NCBI GenBank assembly: GCA_002069765.1
Contig: MWBZ01000015.1
Location: forward strand, 7,579 to 71,578
Length of the DNA stretch: 64,000 bases
Source of the DNA: a bacterium ADurb.Bin243
Lineage (GTDB): Bacteria > Muiribacteriota > UBA9980
Direction of reading: 5' to 3'
Shown one piece after another: positions 1 to 7,762 of this stretch (the stretch's first letter is position 1; every line of letters starts with the position of its first letter). Under the pieces are notes generated by a model, which was not told the DNA's origin, did not search any database, and worked only from the letters and a program-made list of their open reading frames with translations. The translations under genes and the position numbers were made by a program.

Positions 1-123
1 CGGCCTCAGTTCCTTCTGCGCGTCGGAAGAAAGCGTTCTCGGCCCCAATATGACGGCCCTTTTCGTTGAAGCGGTAAAGGCGCTTAGAATAATCGACGTA
101 GATACGGAAAACCGAATAAAATA
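1..123 (+). CDS. 3' end of an unidentified upstream gene (partial, C-terminal ~40 codons)
   Basis: Frame 2 is open from the window edge to a TAA at about 121-123 and is followed by a strong terminator hairpin. Too short to assign a function. Confidence 0.25.
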
Positions 124-170
124 ATGGCTCTTATTCATTTCTGAACTCTTACTTAATCGTACATATAAAA

Positions 171-205
171 CAGGGCATGAAAACATTCATGCCCTGTTTT
201 TTTTA
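171..205. terminator. Rho-independent terminator, probably bidirectional
   Basis: Perfect 11-bp stem CAGGGCATGAA / TTCATGCCCTG (171-181 and 186-196) with a 4-nt loop, followed by TTTTTTTT (197-204) and preceded by AAAA. It lies between the convergent partial + gene and the minus-strand gene 252..1598. Confidence 0.8.
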
Positions 206-251
206 TTTTATTAAGCGGATGCCGCTATAATGCCATAAGGCCGTGATACGG

Positions 252-1598
252 TTATTTCATTCTTTCGAGCAGGCTTCTTAATTCGGGATTGGTCAGCGAA
301 GCTTCTTTGAGCCTTTTCACAAGGGTCACTTTAGTGTATCTTAAAAGGTCGGAATCTTTAAATTTCTTTTCGCTGAAAGCCTGGGTGAATTTATTTATCT
401 TTTCTATATTCAGAGTGTTTATATCGTTAGCGTCGAGGCCGATGGACGTATCGCCGGCGTCGAGCGCAGCTTTCGCTTCGGCGATTTTAGCCAGCGCCTC
501 TTCGTCGAGCTGTTTGACTTCTGCAGATGCGCTCTTTTTGGCGGCGGCAAGGCTTTCTTCCAGCGGCTTTTCGTATGCGCGCGGGCTGCCGAACTGGCCG
601 TAAGGATACTGCGGGCCGGGAACGGGCGGAACATAAGGGGTCTGGCCGATGTAGGAATACATAGCTTCGATAGCGCGGGTAGTTGATTGATAATACGCTT
701 TATTAGCGAGTTCGGCGAGTTCCGTAACGCTTCTCATGTAACGGGCGCCGGTGAGCAATATTCTGTCGGCTATTTCGTAATTAGAAGCTTTGTTCCAGTA
801 AATTTTAAGATCTGAAACGCTCGGCGGATCGTAAAGCCTTCCGAACATTGAATCTACGTAGTCGAGAAGGTTTTTAGCCGTGCCGGCGTAATAGAATTTA
901 GTAGTAACGCGCAGCATGGCCTTTACCGAGTTCAAACGCCTGACGGCCGCGAGAGCGAGAGCGTCGGCTTTGTCGTACTGGCTGCATTTATCCCAGAAGT
1001 AAATTATTTCTTCCGGCGTAACGTCGATATTTATATTCTGACGGTTGGCGTTGGCGATTATGGAATTAAAGCTATCGTTATAGTAAGCTTTTACGGCAAG
1101 GCGGCAGATGCCTTTAAGCGATGTGACGCGGCTGGCTCCAGCCACTATGATGTTATCGCCGGTCCTGTAATCGGAAGCGCGGTCCCATAGGCGGATGAGT
1201 TCGTCCACGTTCTCGCCGTATCCGGGTTGCGGAGCCGGCGGATAATAAGGCGACGGCGGCTGAGGCGCGGGAGGATAGTAAGGCGGCTGAGGCTGAGGGG
1301 TTGGAGGAGTATACGGATTATTCGGCGAAGGCGGAACGGGGTTGGCAAACCCGCAGTAGGGGCAGATATTGCTTCCCTGCGAGTAGGGGCCGTTGTCGCC
1401 CTGTTGATTGTAGGTTTTTTTGCACCTGTTGCACTGGTGAGAATGCCCTACATGCGCGGGATCGTAATGTTTAGAGGTTTCGCCTGAAACATCGATTTTC
1501 GGGGAAGTGACGGCTTGCTGGTCCGCGGCATAAGCGCCGGTGGAAGCGAATAATGAAGCGCCTACTACAATGGCGGCAGCTTTTTTAAGAATACTCAT
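252..1598 (-). CDS. Secreted proline-rich protein with a C4 zinc-ribbon and three tandem ~57-aa repeats (hypothetical)
   Basis: N-terminal signal peptide (MSILKKAAAIVVGASLFASTGAYAAD). CxxC...CPYC zinc-ribbon (CNRCKK...ICPYCG). PPYYPPAPQP tandem motif. Three internal repeats of the pattern (I/L)xxWDxxSxY...KAYY. AGGGGG RBS upstream of the ATG at 1598. Confidence 0.6.
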   Translation of the reverse strand: MSILKKAAAIVVGASLFASTGAYAADQQAVTSPKIDVSGETSKHYDPAHVGHSHQCNRCKKTYNQQGDNGPYSQGSNICPYCGFANPVPPSPNNPYTPPTPQPQPPYYPPAPQPPSPYYPPAPQPGYGENVDELIRLWDRASDYRTGDNIIVAGASRVTSLKGICRLAVKAYYNDSFNSIIANANRQNINIDVTPEEIIYFWDKCSQYDKADALALAAVRRLNSVKAMLRVTTKFYYAGTAKNLLDYVDSMFGRLYDPPSVSDLKIYWNKASNYEIADRILLTGARYMRSVTELAELANKAYYQSTTRAIEAMYSYIGQTPYVPPVPGPQYPYGQFGSPRAYEKPLEESLAAAKKSASAEVKQLDEEALAKIAEAKAALDAGDTSIGLDANDINTLNIEKINKFTQAFSEKKFKDSDLLRYTKVTLVKRLKEASLTNPELRSLLERMK

Positions 1599-1735
1599 CT
1601 AAATACCCCCTGCTTAAAATTTGATACATTAATTTTATAAAAAATATTACCGCTTGTCAAGTTTTTGAGTTTTTTTAACGCCCGGTCACCGCAAATCCAT
1701 TTCGCCGCAAAAAGATAAAAACAGCGGAGGCCGGC

Positions 1736-4700
1736 TTGATTTTTTATCAGCTATGCTATATAATTCATTGCATGCTAAACAATTCGCAAATATTGAATAT
1801 ATCTGACGGAGCCGCCAGATTCAAAAACTATTCCGTCGTCAGGCGCCTTCCAGTTTTAAAAGCTTTTATAGAAAGCTATCTTCTCCTGCGCGGAAACGAA
1901 AAAGCGCTGCTTACCTTTTACAGGCAGCGTTCCGACCCCGACGATGAAGGCTTTTTCAAAAAACGCATGGAAACCGGCTTAAAATATCGAGAAAAACTTT
2001 TAAGCATAACCGATTACGGATTTTTCCAGAACTCCTCCTGCTGGTACGAAATATCGCCGTATCCGCATTTCGGCACGCTCGCGGGCATTTTTAACGCCGC
2101 GAGAAACAGCTCGCGGCAGATAACTTTTTCAGCCATTATCGAGTCCGTTTTTTCGATAATAGACTATTTCCATTGCCGCAATCTGTCTTCGCCGGGAATC
2201 AAACCTTCGAATATAGTAATAACCGGCCTGACGCCGATAGGAACGCTTTTAAAGGACGCCGAAACTCTTTCGCCGCTGACGCCCGAAAGCGCGGCCGAAG
2301 ATTTTTACAGTTTCGGGCTTACCCTGCTGGAAACAGCGCTTGGCGAATATCCTCGCTACAGCGCCGAACGCGGATATATTACCCATTCGATCGCGAAAGA
2401 AGGGACGGACTTTCCGCCGGAAATTCCGGCGCGATTAAAATCGCTCATAAAAGGCCTTTTAAATGAAAACGCTAAAAAAAGATGGGGCGCGGCCGATGTA
2501 AGAAAATGGCTCGCGGGAGGGAATGGCGGCGAAACGTCCGGCCGGGCCTGCAAATCGGGAGAAAAAAAGGGGCGCGGGTTCGTCCTGTTCGATTCGCCCA
2601 TAACCGCCAAAAGCCTTCTGGAAATGATTAACGCGCTCCACGAAGAACGCGCCGGCGAAAACGAACTGAAAATAATAGAAAGCCTTCTGGACCGATCGCT
2701 TTATAAAGCGTTTCTCGAAGCCGGCGGCATAATTAAAAACGCCGGCGACCAGATCGGCTCATGGCTCAAAGCTTTCGACAGGTATTCTTACGGTTTTCTC
2801 GACAAGAAAGACCGCCTGGAAATCGCCCATAACTCCCTTAAAACCATACTGGGCTCAGAAAGCGGCAGGCGAGCGAAAAATACGGGCGAAACGAGCCAGG
2901 CCGAGGTGGTTAAAGACTCATTAAAAGCCGTAATCGAAAAAAATTTTTCCGGATATATAATCCCCGGCGGGCTAGCCTTTGATTTCGCGCGCGACACCGA
3001 CAAAAAACTGCAGGATGCTATCGGCGCGCTTACCGAATTAAAACGAAATTCAATGCTATTTGCTGGCGAAGAGTATGAAAAAATAAGCCAGTCTTACAAA
3101 CTGCCTCTCGAAATTAAAAACGCTCTTTTCGACGGAAATTATAAAAGTTATTCAAGCGCCGCCAGAGAGTTTATAAACCTCAGGAACGAAAACTTATTCA
3201 TAAGCCTTTCCGAAGCCGGCGAATTCATAAACGGAGCCGATAGCAGCAACCGCATGGCCGGGCTTTACGAACAGCTCGAAAGGGTCCGCGGCTATTATAA
3301 AATAGCCAAATGCATAAAAAATTCCGCCGACGCGGAACTTTACGAAGGCCTTTTAAAGCTTGAAACCCGCTTTAAGAAAGATGAAACCCGGCCGTTCACA
3401 AAAAGCGTCGAAGATTATATAAAGGCGCTTTTATATAAAAACATCCGCTGGAGCCGGGAAGATAAAAAAATTATACGCGCCCTGCTCGACGTTAAATGGG
3501 AGCTCATAAATGAAAAAATTTACGGCGACGAATCAAAGCGTTCGGGAAATAAAGCCGCGATAATTTTCACGCTGGCCGCTCTGTCCGCCGCTTTTTATTA
3601 TGCGCTCTCCGAAGAAAAATATTACCTGATGCTCTTCATAATACTTATCTTCGCGCACGTTTGCTATATAATTTTTTCCGCGCCCGATTATAAAAAAGTG
3701 TACGATTCTTTCCGGCAGCGCATAGAAGAAGTCGGAGAGCTTTGCTGCGAGGGCGAAGGCGCTCAAAAACGCCGGGCCGTTTATGAAAACGCACAGCCGG
3801 AAGAGATTACCGGGCGATTTTTTTTCGCCGTCAAAACCGGCGATTATATTGAAGTTAAAAAATTGATACAATTCGGCGCCGACGTCAACGCGCGCGACTC
3901 TTCGGGCGCCAGCGCGCTTATCTGGGCGGCCGATTCGGAAAACATACGGCTGCTGAGGCTGTTAATAGGCTACGGAGCGGTTTTAGACGCCCGCGACAGC
4001 CAGGGGGCGAGCGCTCTTTTATGGGCGGCCTATAAAGGCTCGACCGGGGCCATCAAATTTTTGATCGAGGCCGGGGCTCCCCGGGAATCGCGCGATTTCG
4101 AAGGCCACACGCCGCTTATGGCCGCATGTTTCAACGCCCATTGCGAATCGGTTAAAACGCTTCTCGAATACGGCTGCGACGTAAAAGCAGCCGACTATGC
4201 GGGCCACAACGTTCTCGCTTACGCCAAAAATTCAGGAAACGAAACGGTGGTCAGGCTCGTTTCGGAACACATCGAAGCTTCGAAAAACGCCAGGAAAAAA
4301 CATTTCGGCATGGCCGATATCCTCTTCGACACGATTTTAGACAGCGGAGTCCCGGACGCGTTCGAGCTGGTAAAAGCCGCCGTCACGGCCGATAAAAAAG
4401 CCGTCAAAAAAATAATCGAGTCAATAGACGGCGGAGGGCCGGCGGAAGCGTCGCTTATAAAAGCCTGCGCCGCCGGAAATTTCGAACTCGCCAGAAATAT
4501 TATAGAGCTCGGCGCCGACGTCGACGCGCGCGACAGGCGCGGCTACACGGCATTAATATGGGCCGTGGACAAGCGTTTTGCGCAAATCGTAGACATCCTC
4601 CTGGACGCCGGCGCAAATATAAATCTGGGAGACGGTTTCGGCTATACCCCGCTCATCTGGGCCGTGGACCGCGACGACCTCGCGTGCGTCAAAAAGCTCC

Positions 4701-5608
4701 TGGACCGTGGCGCATCGTTGGACTTAGCCGACAACAAAGGCGTAACGCCGCTCATGTGGGCCGCCATAAAAAAGAGGCGCGATATAGCGAGGGAGCTTTT
4801 GAGCCGCGGCGCGGACGCGGGCCGGCTCGACCACCGGGGATACAGCGCGCTCAGCTACGCGCTCGAAAAAAAATGCGACGGCATGGTCGAAATGATCGCG
4901 GCCAAAAGCCCGAAACACGCGCTCGAAAACAACAAACCCCGGCAGCTCGTTTTGTGGGCGGCCGAAAATTCCAGAACGGCGGTCCTTAAAATCGCCGCGG
5001 CGGGCGGCGCAGATCTGAACGCCCGCGACGAATACGGCCGCACCGCGCTGATGCACGCCATAAACGCCAGAAACGCGGACTCCGTTGAATTTTTAATAAA
5101 AAACGGGGCCGATATAAACCTCGTCGATTCATCGGGAGCGGGAGCATTAATCTACGCCGTAAGAAACTGGTTTTACGACATAGCCCGCATGCTTATCGCC
5201 GCCGGCGCGGACATATCGATAAAGGACGGCAGGCGAAAAACCGCCCTGGACTATGCCATGGACAAAAATTACAACACTATTATAGAAATGCTTGTGGACG
5301 CCGGCGCCGGCCCCGACTACAGAGCCGCCTGCGGAAACACTCTTCTTTGCTGGGCCGTAGCGGCAAAAAATTGCGCCCTCGCGCGCTACCTCATATCCAG
5401 AGGCGCCAGCGTCGAGCTGGCGGACGAAAAAGGCTTTTCGCCGCTGATGCGCGCCGCCGAAACCGGCCATCTCGAAACGGTAAAGCTTCTCGTGGAAAGC
5501 GGGGCCGATATACGCCGCAGGGGACCGCGGGGAGAAACGGCGGCGGATATAGCCGCAAAAAACAAGCGGATAAAAATAACGGCTTATCTGCTTGAAATAA
5601 GCCGATAA
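1736..5608 (+). CDS. Large membrane protein: N-terminal protein-kinase-like (probably pseudokinase) domain, helical region, 2 TM helices, ~18 C-terminal ankyrin repeats
   Basis: Kinase C-lobe-like motifs: HCRNLSSPGIKPSNIVI (compare HRDLKPENIL), ...EDFYSFGLTLLE (compare DVWSLG), KRWGAADVRKWLAG. Catalytic Asp and the DFG motif are not conserved (N and TGL). Hydrophobic segments around aa 605-650. Long run of ankyrin repeats with motifs such as GxTPLMxAA, ADVNARD, LLxxGAD. TTG start at 1736 with GGAGG 8 nt upstream. Confidence 0.65.
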   Translation: MIFYQLCYIIHCMLNNSQILNISDGAARFKNYSVVRRLPVLKAFIESYLLLRGNEKALLTFYRQRSDPDDEGFFKKRMETGLKYREKLLSITDYGFFQNSSCWYEISPYPHFGTLAGIFNAARNSSRQITFSAIIESVFSIIDYFHCRNLSSPGIKPSNIVITGLTPIGTLLKDAETLSPLTPESAAEDFYSFGLTLLETALGEYPRYSAERGYITHSIAKEGTDFPPEIPARLKSLIKGLLNENAKKRWGAADVRKWLAGGNGGETSGRACKSGEKKGRGFVLFDSPITAKSLLEMINALHEERAGENELKIIESLLDRSLYKAFLEAGGIIKNAGDQIGSWLKAFDRYSYGFLDKKDRLEIAHNSLKTILGSESGRRAKNTGETSQAEVVKDSLKAVIEKNFSGYIIPGGLAFDFARDTDKKLQDAIGALTELKRNSMLFAGEEYEKISQSYKLPLEIKNALFDGNYKSYSSAAREFINLRNENLFISLSEAGEFINGADSSNRMAGLYEQLERVRGYYKIAKCIKNSADAELYEGLLKLETRFKKDETRPFTKSVEDYIKALLYKNIRWSREDKKIIRALLDVKWELINEKIYGDESKRSGNKAAIIFTLAALSAAFYYALSEEKYYLMLFIILIFAHVCYIIFSAPDYKKVYDSFRQRIEEVGELCCEGEGAQKRRAVYENAQPEEITGRFFFAVKTGDYIEVKKLIQFGADVNARDSSGASALIWAADSENIRLLRLLIGYGAVLDARDSQGASALLWAAYKGSTGAIKFLIEAGAPRESRDFEGHTPLMAACFNAHCESVKTLLEYGCDVKAADYAGHNVLAYAKNSGNETVVRLVSEHIEASKNARKKHFGMADILFDTILDSGVPDAFELVKAAVTADKKAVKKIIESIDGGGPAEASLIKACAAGNFELARNIIELGADVDARDRRGYTALIWAVDKRFAQIVDILLDAGANINLGDGFGYTPLIWAVDRDDLACVKKLLDRGASLDLADNKGVTPLMWAAIKKRRDIARELLSRGADAGRLDHRGYSALSYALEKKCDGMVEMIAAKSPKHALENNKPRQLVLWAAENSRTAVLKIAAAGGADLNARDEYGRTALMHAINARNADSVEFLIKNGADINLVDSSGAGALIYAVRNWFYDIARMLIAAGADISIKDGRRKTALDYAMDKNYNTIIEMLVDAGAGPDYRAACGNTLLCWAVAAKNCALARYLISRGASVELADEKGFSPLMRAAETGHLETVKLLVESGADIRRRGPRGETAADIAAKNKRIKITAYLLEISR

Positions 5609-5645
5609 ACCGCTATCTGAAAGATATATTCAATTTTTTATATTC

Positions 5646-7694
5646 TTAGAACATGAAATCCACGAGATGGAATACTTTCATCTTCATTTCTTCGCTGAAG
5701 CTTTCGTGCCACTTTGCGGCCTCTTCGAGAGTTATTATATTGCAGTATTTAAGGTCCTGCATGAAAGTGTCGTGCATTATTTTAGCGAATTCGGCGTTTT
5801 CTATAAGGACCATTTCTTCGGCGTCGAGCTTGTTGCTGCGCGAATTGAGGTTATACGATCCGATCGTGACCGCCACTCCGTCGAAATAATTGCACTTCGC
5901 GTGGAGAGTCTGGCTGCCGTACCATTCGTAAATCTTGATATTTTTTTCGATGAGGCTTTTGAAGAAGTAGTGGCTGGCGTAAACTATATATTTACCCATG
6001 TCGTTGGAATACATTGAATTAGTTATTATTTTGACGTCAACGCCGCGCGCCGCCGCTTTTATAAGGCTTTCTTCGAGCCTTTTCGAAGGCAGGAAGTAAG
6101 GCGTCTGCAAAATGACTTCTTTGGAGCAGCGGTCGATATACCAGGTAAGGCATTCTAAAACATGGTCGTCTTTATTTGTAGGGTAATGAGCGACGAAACG
6201 GACGTCTACGTTAGATACTTTAGGCGCTTCGGCGTAGTATTCGCGAAGCACTTCTTTGATAAGCTTTGGGTTGTCCGCCGGCTTATACATGGACGAATTG
6301 TCTATTTGATATTTTTCCATTTCTTTCTGCGCTTTTTCTAATTCTTTCGCGTCGTCGCGCACGAAGAAGTTCTGGTTATCGCCCGTGGCCCAGTTAAGAA
6401 GGAAAAGCTCTTTCATCTGCATTATAACCGGTCCTTCGAGCATAACGTCGGTATCACGCCAGCCTTCCACTACTATGGAGCCTTTGGCGTAATCGTCGCC
6501 TATATTCATGCCGCCGGTGATGGCATAAAGATCGTCGACTATGAACAATTTCTGATGGTTTCTGTTGTTGATTCTAACGGGCGATTTGAAAGGGCTGTTA
6601 TAAAGGGCTACTTTAACGCCGCCGGCCCTTAATTTATAGACTATGTCTTTTTTATAGCTGAACGTGGTCCAGTAGTCTATTATTACGCGCACGTCCACGC
6701 CCTGGCCGGCTTTTCGTATAAGCACGTCGGCGAGCTTATTGCCGGTTTCGTCGTTTTTATAAGACAGGTATTGAAGGTAGATATAAGACTGCGCGAGTTC
6801 GGCCAGCTCGTGGCGTTTCGCGAAAGACTTTTTCCCATTGAGCAGCAAAGTGATATCGTTGCCCGGCGAAACCTCGGAATCGGTAGCAGTATCGAAAGAC
6901 CAGTCGGTTAAAAGCGCGCGCTGCTTTTCCGTTTCGTTTTCTTTTTTGAATTCTTTATATTCGCCGACCTGTTTTCTGTAGCCGAAAAGCGAAATATAAT
7001 ATGAGCCGAGGGCGCCTATTTTTTTGATGGGCGAGCTCCATTTTAAATCAGTGTATTTGGCGTAAGCCTGTTTCGACTTATCTTTGGCCGCATATATATT
7101 TTTAATGATATTCTGCTGCAAAGCTTTCTTTTCGTTAGCTTTTATGGCGTCAGCCGCTTTTTTTGCGATTACCGAGTTTCTGGTGGAGGAGCCGACTTCT
7201 TTTAAAAGCGCGTTGGCTTTTTCGTAATCGCCCCTTAAATTTGCATAATGGCCTGCCAGTTCGAGTTTAAGCAGATTGGCCTGCTCCGTGTTCGAAGTCC
7301 TGGCGATACGTTCTTCGAGTTCGGCGATAAGCCTGTCGTTTTTAGCTTTGCCTGCGGGCACGGGAACGCCGGCCGTCTGACCGCCCTTTAATGTCCCGTC
7401 GGCTGCCGCTTCGGGAGCCGGCGCGACGGTTGAAGCTTCGGCAGGCGCTTGAACGGGCGCGATAGTAAGGGTATCGCCGGAGACTTTTTTATAATTTTCA
7501 AGCGCTTCGACGCATTCGGCGTAACGCGCCTTCACTTCGGATTCCGGAAGATCGTTTTTAAGCGCCTCTGAATATTTCTGGTAAGAAGACTGATAGGCCT
7601 TATACAAATTCTGCGCTTCATTGGCAGAGGCAAGTCCGAAACTCAAAAGCACACTTAAAATAGTCAGCACGCATAACGCTTTTAATCGATTCAT
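5646..7694 (-). CDS. Secreted phospholipase D family protein (two HKD motifs) with N-terminal coiled-coil/TPR-like region
   Basis: Signal peptide. HKD motifs HQKLFIVDD...GGMNIGD and HAKCNYFDG...IGSYNLNSRS (HxKx4D...GSxN). AGGAGG RBS. Confidence 0.75.
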   Translation of the reverse strand: MNRLKALCVLTILSVLLSFGLASANEAQNLYKAYQSSYQKYSEALKNDLPESEVKARYAECVEALENYKKVSGDTLTIAPVQAPAEASTVAPAPEAAADGTLKGGQTAGVPVPAGKAKNDRLIAELEERIARTSNTEQANLLKLELAGHYANLRGDYEKANALLKEVGSSTRNSVIAKKAADAIKANEKKALQQNIIKNIYAAKDKSKQAYAKYTDLKWSSPIKKIGALGSYYISLFGYRKQVGEYKEFKKENETEKQRALLTDWSFDTATDSEVSPGNDITLLLNGKKSFAKRHELAELAQSYIYLQYLSYKNDETGNKLADVLIRKAGQGVDVRVIIDYWTTFSYKKDIVYKLRAGGVKVALYNSPFKSPVRINNRNHQKLFIVDDLYAITGGMNIGDDYAKGSIVVEGWRDTDVMLEGPVIMQMKELFLLNWATGDNQNFFVRDDAKELEKAQKEMEKYQIDNSSMYKPADNPKLIKEVLREYYAEAPKVSNVDVRFVAHYPTNKDDHVLECLTWYIDRCSKEVILQTPYFLPSKRLEESLIKAAARGVDVKIITNSMYSNDMGKYIVYASHYFFKSLIEKNIKIYEWYGSQTLHAKCNYFDGVAVTIGSYNLNSRSNKLDAEEMVLIENAEFAKIMHDTFMQDLKYCNIITLEEAAKWHESFSEEMKMKVFHLVDFMF

Positions 7695-7762
7695 AAAATT
7701 CCTCCTGATAACAATAAATTATTAATTTATTTTTTTAATAACTTCGATTTTCGCCCCGAAAA

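Noticed and set aside
1227-1487. Arg-rich short ORFs (this one, and similar ones at 4558-4989, 16300-16629, 44759-45205, 5347-5595)
   Set aside because: Arg-rich low-complexity translations arise when GC-rich codons of a real gene are read in an alternative frame. Each one overlaps a gene that is supported on its own evidence.
1736-2550. Possibility that the N-terminal domain of the giant protein is an active Ser/Thr kinase
   Set aside because: The HRD Asp and DFG Asp are not conserved, and no glycine loop or VAIK Lys is visible. Called pseudokinase-like instead.
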